Assembly (NCBI RefSeq): GCF_963921235.1
Contig: NC_086097.1
Location: forward strand, 62,560,001-62,624,000
Length of the DNA: 64,000 nucleotides
Direction: 5' to 3'
Source of the DNA: Mobula hypostoma
Taxonomy: Eukaryota
The position numbers and the translations under genes were made by a program. The notes below the pieces were generated by a model. The model did not search any database. It was given only the letters and a program-made list of their open reading frames with translations, and was not told the origin of the DNA. The stretch's first letter is position 1. Every line of letters starts with the position of its first letter. This document shows, piece after piece, positions 12,015-24,219 of this stretch.

Positions 12015-13538
12015 CATGCCTGCTGTCCGGCAGTGTTTGCACAGTAGCAAGCAGAAGCAGAAAAAGCATTGTTGTTGTGGTGTTGTCATGACAGCGTTTT
12101 TAAATCTCTCCGTTTACCCTGTCCGCACTACAACGCGCAACTATCGTTTTCAACTTTACACACTCTGGAGAGTGTTTTAGAAAAGTTCTGTTTTCAGGGG
12201 ATGAAAACACCGTTTCAATGTGGATGGAGGGTCAAAACGTAGAGAAGCTTTGTTTTCAAAATTATCCGGCATAGTGTGGATGTAGCCTAATAAAAATACT
12301 TTGACTTGTTACCCGAGGAATTCTACTTCTATACAATCAGAAATCAAATTAGCAGAAGAGAAATCTCAGGCTGTTGCCTAGGTAAAACCGATTTCATATA
12401 TACTGATTGATTGCCCATATTCAGCTCTACTTTTTCAATGCTTCAAGTATTGTGATTTGTTTTATTTAAGACCTAGATAGCAAAACATTAAATATAGCTT
12501 TTTTGGCATCACGCACCAGATAATCTGCCTGGATTAATTAGTATATTCCTGCTCCTACTTCAGTCCGCTCTTCAAGTAACTGGAAGCTTCCTCAGGGATG
12601 CTAGATTTCCTTCTTTAACACTTACTTCCCTGGTTAAGCCTTCAGTGATCTTCCTTAATATCTCCTTAGTGGCTTGGTGAAGAAAAATCTAATGACATTC
12701 TTCTGAAGCACCTTAGAAAGCTTCACTGAGTTGAAGGTGCTAAAAGGTTATAATGTTGTCATTGATGATAACTATAAGAGCAACTTCACTGATTCAATTT
12801 GCCACAGAACATTCCCATGAAAGTTAAAAAAAACAATATTATCAGATTCCCACAATCCCAGAGGTTCATTTTTAGGTTTGTTAAAGGCAAATAATGTTTG
12901 AATGCTTGAGGTCATTCACAAAATGCAGACCTTAAAATAATGGCAAACCACCCTTCCCTTTAAAGCATCTTATGCATTTTATTATGACTCTGAACCTTCC
13001 CACTTCTACTCTCATCATTTACTTTCTTGTGTAATGTCGGCTCATATTTTAACCTCCAGCCTTCACCAAAGAAAAATAGAAAATACTGGAAAGTTTCAAC
13101 ATGTCAGACAGCATCTCTGAAGAGAAAGACAAAATCTGCGTGAGCTGCTTGTGTAAGTCCTGGAAATAATTTGAACTGCTAAGCACAAAAAGCTGGATTG
13201 GAAAAGAAAGGTGCACTGAATGATAGAACTTACTCTAATATCCCTACAGAACGATAACTGAGAGGTTATCCCATTGGGAAACACAAACAATGCATTTGCC
13301 ATACATAAAAAGTGTCATCCTGTTGATGTATGTGAGATGCAGAAGAGAGAAATGTGTTCAACAAACCTCGACAGAAGGAGGAAAAGATTCAAACTGCCAA
13401 GTCAGCCAGCTGTTGCAATTATCAATCATTCAGTATCTTATACATGTTATATAAAACAACATTTGGCTTGGAAATTGTTCAGGCTGAAGCATAATCTCAG
13501 ACTTCTCAATACTGCAGGCTCATTTAATACACACTTAC

Positions 13539-13594
13539 TTTCCCACTCTCAGCACTCTTTCAGTTTGTCCTGGAAAGTGTTCTGTGCTGGTTGC
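13539..13594 (-). CDS. Candidate 56-nt internal coding exon (ATSTEHFPGQTERVLRVG), phase 0 to 2
   Basis: Acceptor TTTTCTGTTGTTCGTTTTCACAG| and donor AAA|GTAAGT. Only frame 0 is open, which is compatible with the phase-0 end of exon 27398-27552. Confidence 0.35.
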
Positions 13595-14167
13595 CTGTGA
13601 AAACGAACAACAGAAAATGGTGGAAATACTCAGCAGTTCAGACAGCATCTGTCACATGCCAATGGCCTTTCAATTTTTACTTCGGGTTTCTAGCATCATC
13701 TGTGATGCATTGTTTCTGAACATGTGCAGATATGTTGTACAGAATCAGACCTCCAGCTGTGTCTGTGTCTACATGAAGTAGTTACAAGGTATAGCCATTT
13801 TCACACTAAATTAAGTTGGTTGTTTATATATCAGGGTGTGGGGTGAGAGGTCACAGGAGACTACTGTGAAGGCTTTCAGCTCTGCGGGAAGCACAGAATG
13901 AAGATCTGGAGGTAATAAGGTCCTATTGCCATAATAACCTGTCTTGGTACCAGTGCTCATGTTATGAAAATGTCCATATGCAACTCTGATAATGTGTGGC
14001 AAAGGCCTGCACTTCTTGCACAGTGACAAGTCTGGAATCTAACAAGTTTTAACCTATTTCTGATGTAGTTATTCAATGGAATACTTGTTCTGATTGACAC
14101 TCCTAAAAATTTTAACTAACTTTATTCCATATCCAGACCACCACACAAATCATCTCCATTCTGTTGA

Positions 14168-14293
14168 GATGAGGAATTCTGCAGATGCTGGAAATTCAAG
14201 TAACACACATCAAAGTTGCTGGTGAACGCAGCAGGCCAGGCAACATCTCTAGGAAGAGGTACAGTCAACGTTTCAGGCCGAGACCCTTCACGA
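14168..14293 (-). mobile_element. Penelope-type short repeat with a partial hammerhead motif
   Basis: Reverse complement GAAGGGTCTCGGCCTGAAACGTTGACTGTACCTCTTCCTAGAGATG...CCAGCATCTGCAG, same family as 42627-43036. Confidence 0.75.
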
Positions 14294-14295
14294 AA

Positions 14296-14530
14296 AGTGT
14301 GTTGGCTGTGTGGGTCGAGTCCTTGATTATCCTGGCAGCACTGCTCCGACAGCGTGCGGTGTAAAGCGAGTCCAAGGATGGAAGATTGGTTTGTGTGATG
14401 TGCTGCGCCCTGTACACGATCTTCTGCAGCTTCTTCCGGACTTGGACAGGACAACTTCCATACCAAATTGTGATGCACCCTAGAAGAATGCTTTCTACAG
14501 TGCATCTATAAAAATTAGTGAAGGTTTTAG
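14296..14530 (-). mobile_element. Rex1/Babar LINE RT C-terminal fragment
   Basis: TNFYRCTVESILLGCITIWYGSC...RKKLQKIV...IIKDSTH. Confidence 0.8.
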
Positions 14531-14835
14531 CAAGAACATAGAAAATAAAATGTTTCCTAATAATTGAAAACAAATGGTGAGATAATTATTGATCATTATA
14601 GCCATAAAGACAATATAAAATTCAGGAATGTCATTGATAGTTTCAATGAGTATAAGCCTAGTCGATCCAGTCTTTCATCATATGAAAGTCCTGCCATCCC
14701 AGGAATCAATCTGGTGAACCTTCGTTGTACTCCCTCTGGTTACATAATGTATTTCTGGTTATATGTTAAAGTGCGTAAATGGCATACGTCATCACAGCTC
14801 CACATCGTATACATGCACACCTCACTTAAAGTAAA

Positions 14836-15070
14836 CATAGAAACATAGAAAACCTACAGCACAATACAAGCACTTCGGCCCATAAAGCTGTGCTGAAGAT
14901 GTCATTACCTTAGAAATTACCTAGGGTTACCCAAAGCCCTCTATTTTTCTGAGGTCCATGTACCTGTCCAGGAGTCTCTTAAAAGACCCTATCAGCCTCC
15001 ACCACCATCGCCAGCAGCCCGTTCCACGCACTCATCGCTCTTTGCACAAAAACTTACCCCTGACATCTCT
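14836..15070 (-). mobile_element. CR1 3' end inserted in the Gypsy 5' LTR
   Basis: AACATAGAAACATAGAAAACCTACAGCACAATAC tail; interrupts CACTTAAAGTAAA|ATTAAGACTC, which is continuous in the 3' LTR. Confidence 0.85.
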
Positions 15071-15566
15071 CACATTAAGACTCACATCCCTCAGTTCTCT
15101 TGCTTTCCTTTCAATTAGTTTTGTGTTTTGGAGTTACAAAGCATAACAGCAGCGATGGAGAAGTTTTAGATGTACCCAAAACAACAACCTACCTGTTGAA
15201 ATGCAGCGAGATGTTCAAGGTTAAAATAAGTGTAGCGAGAAGTAGTTGAGTAAAAAATACTTTAGCACGTGCTTCTTTTAGAAGTCACAGAGATTGCCAA
15301 GTTAAAAATATACAGAAAATGGAAGAATTCATGGGTTCATAAACAGTGAGCATCAGGTGATAATGATGACAAAAGAAGCAGCAGAAATTGCTGGCTACAT
15401 CAGAAAGATAGACACATTTGATTAGTGGATAACTGACTCATGTGTACTGAGCTATTGGAACAGTATTTTGAAGCAAATGAAATAGCCAATGAGAAGCAAG
15501 TACCAGGTTTGCTGAATGGGTTTAGAGGCATACATTTTGCTTCGACGTTTAACTGCTCCAACCAGA

Positions 15567-15969
15567 TGTGGAGCAAACTTAGGAATCAATATTAGAAATT
15601 AATGATGAAGATTTATTCAGAGAATAATACGGGGAATAATCAAACAAAGAGCTCACTGACTCAGGACTTGATCTCATGGAACAGTAATCCACACAGAACT
15701 CGAATCCAGGACTCGGCAATGAGCACTTGTCCAGAATAAACTTAAATAGAATATAAAAGACAGGAAACCCTTGCAGATCGAAATCAAAAACTAATCACTT
15801 AAGAAAGAGAAGCACAAGGAAACCATATTCACATAATGAGCATCACAAAAAACACAGTGACAGCCTAATGAAAACAAAGCAACTTTAATAAACTCAAATA
15901 AATGACGTTCAGGTGCATCAAGACCTGCCAGTACCAAGCACCCTTCGGTGGTCTGAAGGGTTCATGACA
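15567..15969 (-). mobile_element. Probable solo LTR inserted in the Gypsy remnant
   Basis: TG...CA termini (reverse complement starts TGTCATGAACC); AATAAA on the minus strand near its 3' end; no clear TSD. Confidence 0.55.
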
Positions 15970-16049
15970 AAATCCAAGCAGTGGTTGATGCCCAAGGCCA
16001 AAGGATATATCACAATTGTGGTGTTTTTCAGGATCTGTCAATCACTTTA

Positions 16050-17689
16050 CAGGTGTCCCCCGCTTTTTGAACGTTTGCTTTACGAAACCTCACTGTTATG
16101 AAAGACCTACATTAAAATCCTGTTTTCACTTTCAGAAGGTGTTTTCACTGTTACGAAGAAAGGCAGCGTGCGATAAAAAATAAGCGTGCAAAAAATCAGC
16201 GTGCGATAAAGGGCAGCGTGCACCCCGAGCAGCCACTCTCCCTCGGATTCGGAACGGCATTGCTTAAACATATTGCATTGAGCAGCCGTTAGCAAGATGA
16301 GTTATAAGGTGTCAGAAAAGCCTGAAAGAGCTTGTAAGGGTGTTACACTTAGCGTAAAACTAGACATAATTAAGCATTTCGATCATGGTGAACGAAGCAA
16401 GGACAAAGTGAGTTTGGCTTGTGGAAGCTGACAAAGATGATGTTGAAGAGGTTTTGGCATCCCATGATGAAGAACTGATAGATGAAGAGCTGATGCAATT
16501 GGAAGAGGAAAGGATAACAATCGAAACCGAATGCAGTAGCGGAAGTGAAGTCGTCCAGGAACTGAATGTGAAGCAACTGCATGAGATTTTCGCTGCAATG
16601 ATAAAGTACGACTTTAATTTTGAAAGGGTACGCAGGTTTAGGGGACTTTTGCAGGATGTTTTGAGTCCTTACAAAGAACTGTGTGATAGAAAAATGCTCG
16701 AGGCTCAGCAGTCAAGCAAGCTTTCCACATTAGCCACAGCAAACGATGAACCTCGACCTTTGACATCGAGGCAGGCAGTCATAGGAGAAGATGAACTGCC
16801 TGCCCTGATCGATGATGAGATGACACGCCCATGTCTCACCACCACAACCCCTGGGCCCCGGACAGATACTGTACTGATTCGCGGAGAATGCAGTGGTAGC
16901 CGGGAGGCACACAGCACATCTTTAAGAAAAAAGCCAAAATAAACATGTCAATTAATTAGGTGCCGCCTAGCACATAATTGTCGGCCCAGATCAGTGCCGA
17001 TGCAATCAGCAATCGCCTCTGATCTGCATCAAAATTTATGTGCCAGGCAGCACCTAATTAATTAGCATGTTTATTTCGGCATTTTTCTTAAAGATGTGCT
17101 GTGTGCCTCCCGGCTACCCCTGCGTGCTTCGCGGCAATGTATCGGTCGGCGGCCTGGAGGGTGGGGGCCACTGCACCATCCAACCTGCGACGACTCTATC
17201 TAACACACCATCATCAGTGTGCACGATGTCTTCCCAATTCCCGTAAGTGATACTACACTGTACAGACATTATTTCTCCTTTATATATGCTGTGTATTTTT
17301 ACGTGTTATTTGGTAGATTTGGCAGCTTCATAGTTTAAAGGTTACTGGAGAGCGCGTTTATGCCAACAGCGCTTACGTGAGATTTTCTGCTGAGAGCGCT
17401 TGCATGAGATTTTCGCTGCAGAGATCTGTGCAGGCAATCATTGTAGAGAAGTATTTCTACTTTATATAGGCTGTGTATTTATCATATCATTCCTGCTTTT
17501 ACTATATGTTACTGTTATTTTAGGTTTTATATGTTATTTGGCATGATTTGATAGGTTACTTTTGGGTCTGCGTACGCTCACAAAATTTTCCTATATAAAT
17601 AAATGGTAATTGCTTCTTCGCTTTACGACATTTCAGCTTACGAACCATTTCATAGGAATGCTCTACCTTCGGATGGCGGGGGAAACCTG
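16050..17689 (+). mobile_element. Non-autonomous Tigger/pogo element, copy 2 (1640 bp), with the same internal palindrome (~16840-17170)
   Basis: TA at 16048-49 and 17690-91; colinear with 2515-4144; inserted in Gypsy pol sequence. Confidence 0.9.
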
Positions 17690-19459
17690 TAATAGGTTCC
17701 TGCCAAACCTGGCTACTATGCTCCACACCTTGAACTCATCACTGCTGATCGGGCAGAAATGGCAATGGACTAAGCAAAGTGAGGTGGCTTTCCAAAAGGT
17801 AAGAGAGATGGTGATGTCAGACACTGTACTCACACATTATGATACATATCATCCAGTGAAGCTTGCCATGCATGACTTGGGAGGCCGAAACATCCAGACG
17901 AAAGGTGTTCAGAGCTGTCAGAACAACTTTCTGCAGTCCCAGACTCAACTCCCACAGCCACCACAGGGGAGGCACCAGAAACTGAGTTTCTTTCACTGGA
18001 CCCAGAACCTCGGATGGTTTTAGAGGCACAATTCTCTCCTGCTAAGTAGAATGCCCCCTAGTGAGGAAAGATGTTATCCTTCAAGATATTGTGTTTAATA
18101 TTTCAATAATATTTAATAAAATTGTAAGTATAATGTTTGATTAAGCATTCTTTGTTGTTTACATAATGCATTGTTGGTTTTCTGTAAAAGTACATAAATG
18201 GCATTTGTTCTCATGCACGTCTCACTTAAAGTAAAAACAAATTAAGACTCTCATCACTCAGATCCTTTGTTTCCCTTTAAATTAGTTTTACGTTTTGGAC
18301 TTTTGGTGGAAAGAGAAGGAGGGAGGCAGAGGCAATAAAGAGAGTTCAAGTGTTTAGTGTTTTTTCACAATCTAGAGACAAAACACCTTTTAGCAGAACA
18401 ATAATATTCCGGAATGGCAAAGAGGCCAGAACTGGAGGAGCACACATATAAATAGGAAATATAACCTTCATTTGCCTTTATTTTGTATATACATATTCAT
18501 AATAAGTGCTGAAAATATGTTTTACATCTTCTAATAAAACTACACAGTTACAATTATAGGGACAGGGAATATTCAATTCTTAGTGTGGCCTTTCGTTTAT
18601 TGAATGCCTTATTTAATGAAGAAGGGAGTTACATCTACTTCAGGATAAATTTCCTAGACACTTTGTGGGTTTCCAACTCCTGATGCCTATTAGTACGCTA
18701 TTTTCAGCTAGAACAGATGGTTCTTTTATGAGCTGAATCTGACTTTATTATGCATGCTGTGATCAAGGATTGCATGCCACATGACTAACAAGTACCCCTC
18801 AGTAACAGTGTTTTATTAAAAAACATAAGTGAATGCTCACCAAAATCACATCTCTCTGGCCACTACAAAAATTGGTAAATAATCACATCCTACCCATAAT
18901 CTATTGTAATCCTAAAGCAAATAGATTTATTGGAAAAATTATTTATTTTATATAAAAATAGATCTGTGCAGCCAAAAGCCAAAGCAGACATAATCAGAAA
19001 ACAATAACAAAAATAAGCATTCCAAATCAAAGGTTTGTTTCTCTCCATTCAACATTTTGAAAATCTTTTGCCCCTGAGATCTCTTATCCCTCAGCCTCCA
19101 GTATCTTTGAATTCTCAGTAATTTCAACCACCATCTCATTCATCCCCATATTTCACTCTCGTTTCTGAGTATGTATTGTTTCAGTCTTCTCTGTAAATTC
19201 ATCGAGTAGAATCTTTGATCCTGCCATCTTATTATGTCTCATGCTTTCTCCATCAACACCGTCCCTGGTCACTTCCATGTAAAGCTTTATTCTGAAAGTC
19301 TCTTCCTCCCTCTCACTTCGACTTCATCCCAAATCCAACCCTCAAAAAATTCTCATCAGTTATTTAGTCTCCACTTCACCATTCATCACAGCTTTTCAGT
19401 TGCTGCCAATATACTCGAACAAGCCCACACCCTATTAAAATCATAAGCTCCCATGGACA

Positions 19460-19657
19460 ATAAACACAAGGGATTCTGCAGATGCTGGAAATCCAGAGTA
19501 ACACAGATAAAATGCTGGAGGAACTCAGCAGCTCAAGCAACATGTCTGGAGTTGAATAAAGAGTCAATGTCTCAGGCCGAGGCCCTTCATCAGTACTCTT
19601 TATTCCTCGCCATAGGTGCTGCCTGACCTGCTGAGTTCCTCCAGCATTTTGTATGTG
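19460..19657. mobile_element. Penelope-type repeat pair in inverted (fold-back) arrangement around a decayed hammerhead
   Basis: AAAATGCTGGAGGAACTCAGCAG pairs with CTGCTGAGTTCCTCCAGCATTTT; minus-strand CTGATGAAGGGCCTCGGCCTGAGAC lies between them. Confidence 0.7.
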
Positions 19658-19789
19658 TATAGGTGACTCCATAAGCATGACCCTCCACCTTCCTCAAATC
19701 TGAGAGGCTTTACGTATAGCATAGAAAACTGGTTTATCCATTCACTGCCAGAACCATTCTGGACTCTGTCCAAAAACAGAAGTCTGGAA

Positions 19790-19925
19790 ATGGAGGCACA
19801 AGAGACTACAAATACTTGAATTTCGAGCAAAAATAAAACTGCTGGTGGAACTGTGCAGGTCAGGAAGCATTGTGGAGAAAAATGGGCAACCAAAGTTTCA
19901 GGTTGAGACCCTTCACCTAGACTGA
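19790..19925 (-). mobile_element. Decayed Penelope-type short repeat
   Basis: CTGCTGGTGGAACTGTGCAGGTCAGGAAGCAT...GTTTCAGGTTGAGACCCTTCA. Confidence 0.55.
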
Positions 19926-21069
19926 GCTTCCACCCAATTATTCACGTCTGAAGAAACAGCTACATGATACTTTTTGAGAGCTGGTGGATCAGCTGAGAAT
20001 GAGCTTCCCTGTGGAGAACTGTATGTGGAAGCAGGAAGCAGGAGCAGTGTGCTCTAATAGTCAGACAGTTCTTGACAATTCCCAAGGCAGTGTCAACTCT
20101 GAGTGGGCCATGATATGGTCAGATATTTATGGGCTTTACTGATCCTGTGCGCCACTAATTAATAAAGTACATCACTTGTTTAACAGTCTGATGCTCCATA
20201 TTATCATGTATCGCAAAGTGAGCCAGAACTTTCTTGGAATGATGGCAATCCCATGCTGAGCTGCTGCCATCTATCAGCTTTCGTCGTTAATGTTGGGTGT
20301 GCATTACTGGTCTTACTGATGCTTCCCCTTTGCACTCCAAAGTTAAATCCCCCATACTATCCAAGAGAAGATCAGAAACTTGCAGCAACAGACCACCCCA
20401 GGTTCAGTTCCCCTCACCAAATAACCTGTCTGCATGACATTCATCAGGTTAGAGTTGGTTCAGAAATGAGCCCTTTCTTTTGAATGGAACAAAATGGCTG
20501 CAAGGGATAATGGTAAGTAAAAGATAGTATACGTTCTTTGAATTGAATATGTTCATGTTTCAATTATTTAGTGGCATTAACTGATACATGTTTTTCACCT
20601 TTTTAATAATTCTTATTTAAATATTTATTTGATTTCTCACTGCATCTGAAATTCAATTAAAATCAAGAACGTTCAAAGGGATTTGACTGCTGGCAAAGCA
20701 TTACGGCATGGCCTAGCCAGTTGTCAATGAGTTGTTTTAAGTTGCTTTAGTGGCAGAGGTTCTTTGTTCCACCACATGACACCAGTACCTTCACCAAAGC
20801 CTTGCCATTGAATAATTATTCGTATAGATTGGAATGGTTTAGGGTAGGAAGCAGACATCAATGTAAATGTGAATGAAACCTTCAGAAGAGGGTAATGCCC
20901 AGTGAAAGAGACTCACAGCTAAAAGCAAGTCTGATCCAATAAGTTAAAGCTAAGTGCAGGTCCATCACTCCACTGCAAACAGAGCCACACTTTAAGGAAT
21001 CCTCATTATATCCTCTGTTGAATAGTTTCTGAAGGTCTCCAAGAAAATTAAACAACTTTGGAAATATTT

Positions 21070-21362
21070 GTTTATTTAGTGATACAGTGCAGTGTAGACC
21101 CCTCTGACTCTTTGAGCTGTGCAGCCCAGCAGCCCCTTCATTCTAATTAGCCCTAACCTGTTCATGGGACACTTTACCATGACCAGCCTGGTACATCTCT
21201 GGAGTGTGGGTGGAAACCAGAGCACCTGGGGAAAACACGTACATTCCATGGGGAGGACATGAAGAGACTCTGTACAGAACGGTGCCAGAACTGAACATCA
21301 GCCTCTGGAATGGCCTGAGCTGTGACAGTGTCATGCTAACCGCTACACTACCATGGCACCCG
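21070..21362 (-). mobile_element. V-SINE (HE1-like) with tRNA-derived head
   Basis: Minus-strand A box TAGTGTAGCGG and B-box-like GTTCAGTTC; V-domain GTGTGGGTGGAAACCAGAGCACCTGGGGAAAAC; (TTTA) tail. Confidence 0.75.
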
Positions 21363-22284
21363 TATGATGCTGCTTGATTACTTCTAAAGTTAGAGAACAG
21401 TTATCTAAATGTTTTCATATTCCCCACAGCAAAATGAGAAAATTGTCATAAATATAATAAAAACCTGAAACAATAATGAAAATAATTTATTCATACCAAT
21501 TCCTGTGCTCACAATTGCATTAGTAAAAGGTAGTTCCTCTTCCCTAAATGCCTTTATAACTCCCCTAAAACAACTTCACAGTGATCTTATTTTAGTGAAA
21601 TTTCATAGCTGTACTAAATTTTGCAGTTCGTGTGCCTATGCTGTTCCAAGGAGTGTGTGAAAATATTTAACTACAGTCAGCAACAGACAGTACTTGGATT
21701 CTTATCAAAAATAATCTTCTATGTGTCAGCTGAATGGGGTTAAGCCAAGTCTACTCAGCACCAACCTGGTACTGAAGATTAGAGCTGATTCAATGTGGGA
21801 GCGTGGTACAGAAACCAACAAAACATCTCATTACTGCACGAATCAACTGTTTGCTTAGCAGGAGCTTATCCTTGTGATAACATACTAATACTGAAACTCC
21901 TAATCAGAATTATCACATAGCATTGTTTACTCAAGCCCACTGTCAGCCATGTCTCTCTATTTTGGATCTCTCATTCTATCACTCTCAACCAAATGTAGGA
22001 GCACTAACTTTAAAATGACCCTGAACTTTGCGACTCCTATTCTGAATTTCTCACACTTCCTGTTGAAGGATCAGTACCCATGCAACCAAACGCCTTTAAT
22101 CTGAATTTTACCCCAAAACATTGCCATTTGGAACCTTCAAATCCACCCACCCTCAAACACATCTCCAATGTCACCCTATGCTGAATCAGAGAAGTTGCAG
22201 TGCCTCTCAATCTAAATTATTACATTAATCAATCAATAGCTCTGACCCAGGCTTCATGTCTACCATCAGCCAGCATTTTCAGTT

Positions 22285-23340
22285 CTCATCATCATCATCG
22301 TCATCATCACCATGTGCCATGTTGTATGATGTGAGTGAGCATGATCCTCCATCTGTCTCTAATCTGAGTTCTAATGAGCTCTTCAGAATCTTCGCCTGTC
22401 CATCCTTTGATGTAACTCATGATTCATGCATTGTTGATCATGAATTTTTCTTCCATCAGTTGTTTCCAGACCTGCAAAATGTTTGAGCTTCTCTTTCCTC
22501 AGTACATGTCCCAGAAAATCCAGCTGCTATTTCTTGATTGATGATATCAGCGCTCTCCTTATTCCAGCTTTTTGCAGCACTTCCTCATTTGTTACTCTGT
22601 CTTTCCAAGATATTTTCATCATTCTTCTCAAAAAACACATTTTTGCAGCTTCAAATCTTCCCTCATTTTGCTTTGATATTGTTCAACATTTGCTTCTATA
22701 TGTTAGTGAGGAATTAACATAGCACCACAACACTCTGGAGTTTCATACTCATAGAAATTATGTTATTCTTTTGTATTTTGCTCAAGTGCTTGAACTTACA
22801 TACACTTAGCAGCTCCAATCCTTCTTTGAATTTCAACATCAGCCATACTGTCAAATATTATCATGCTTGTTAAGCAATTGAACTTCCATTTTGTTTAATT
22901 CTTTCATGCCCACTTTCAGTTCGGATTTCTGCATTTCTTCTTTGTGACAACGAGACATGTGGTCTTCTAGTAGTTGATGGTTAACCCTTTCTTTGTACTT
23001 CCTTTGACAACTTTATCTCATATTTCTGGGAGCTTCACTTTAGAAGTAGCTATCAGTACTGTTTTGTTTGCATATTGTAGGTTGTTCAAACTGTATCCAC
23101 CAATGCCTGGAATACTGTTAATTTCTCTTAGAACCTTCTCACGAGAAAGAGTGGTTAGATCAGGCGAGAGAGCACAACCCTGTCTGACTCCCCAATTAAT
23201 CTGGACAAGATCACTTGTCTCATTTTCAGCTCTCATTCCTGATTTGGTTCCCAATAAAAATTTCTGATAATTCTGATACCTTTCCCATCAATGTCCAAGT
23301 GTTGAAGGATTTTTATAATCTCACTTTGGTATAACCAGTG
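22285..23340 (-). mobile_element. Decayed RTE-type LINE 3' portion
   Basis: Minus-strand GVRQGCALSP...NNLQYA(N)KTVLIA (RT YADD region) and a (TGA)n tail at ~22285-22310. Confidence 0.75.
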
Positions 23341-24219
23341 AAACACTTTCAGTTCTAGCCCGTTTTAGTTCCGTGGCCATGATCTAACCACCATAACAGC
23401 CAGTACTCACATTATCATAATGCCAGCTAGAACTCATTTTCAACCAAGATTCAAACTGTTCTTCAGTCAGCCTGGGATTAGTTGTTCATTTCCTACCAAG
23501 ACAATCAGCCAAGTACCCTAAAACCACCGTACATTTGAGATCATTATTCATTTTCCATGCTTTCTTTGATAAAGTATGCAATCATTATTTCAGCTCTCTT
23601 GCAAGGCCACCAGATGATTAGCTTCAACAAAGAAGGCATCGTTAAAATACTGACTTATATTCATTCTCATTGTAGATATTGCCTGACTTGCCGTGTGTTT
23701 CCAAACTGTGGCAGTTTCTGTTTGAGATTTCCAGGTATCATGATGTTTTGCCTTTTATTTAAAATCAATTTTCTCAGTCCAGTGGTCACTTTTGCAAATC
23801 ACACAGTAGTTATGTAATCAAAGCTGAATTGTGTTCCACTGTAGTAATTTCCATCTCCCTCAGCAGTGTGATTTTTCAGGCACCGTGACCAGCAGTAAGA
23901 ACTGAAAAAACTTCCAACATCACTCTCTTCTGGGAGGGGGGGGGGGAGTTATCAAATGCATTTAGGGAAGAGGAGCAATCTTTTACTAATGCAATTATGA
24001 GGACATGGATTGGTATGAATAAATTATATTCATTAATAATTTCAGGGTTGCATCATGCTTATTGCAAATTTCTCAAAAATAGGTACTCTACCTATTTTAA
24101 ATGTGTTGCTTAAAACAGTATACTCTTCATATTCCAAGACATTTTTGTGTTTAAAAATGGAAAGATTTGGTTTTGAAAACAAATACAATACAGCAATGTC
24201 AGAATTTATTGCCAGTATT

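Larger units (their letters stand above)
8237..12287 (+). mobile_element. Non-autonomous PIF/Harbinger-type DNA transposon (about 1.05 kb), split by a CR1 insertion at 9003-12014
   Basis: TIRs GGCTATGTCCACACTAGACCAGATAAT / reverse-complement GGCTACATCCACACTATGCCGGATAAT; 3-bp flanks TCA and TAA (TWA-like). Coiled-coil remnant LLALAEEDLKLKKKQILDHMKATDREFTDSM resembles the C-terminus of a Harbinger partner protein. Confidence 0.75.
14738..18300 (+). mobile_element. Internally deleted Gypsy LTR retrotransposon remnant carrying three nested insertions
   Basis: Partial 5' LTR ending ...GTTACAAAGCATAACA at 15148; gag remnant (LEQYFEANEIANEKQVP) at ~15385-15565; pol remnant QAVVDA... before 16048 and NRFLPNLATMLH...KWQWTKQSEVAFQKV...VLTHYD after 17691; related 3' LTR at ~18087-18300. 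Confidence 0.8.

Noticed and set aside
18841..18911. Minus-strand exon candidate DYNRLWVGCDYLPIFVVAREM
   Set aside because: An in-frame stop precedes the only good donor, and the other frames are closed.
20440..20518. Strong + strand donor ATG|GTAAGT
   Set aside because: No convincing acceptor or long open frame upstream.
21290..21362. tRNA gene
   Set aside because: The A/B boxes belong to the SINE head; there is no cloverleaf.
23932..23948. Poly-G run as a functional G-quadruplex
   Set aside because: An isolated homopolymer with no supporting context.
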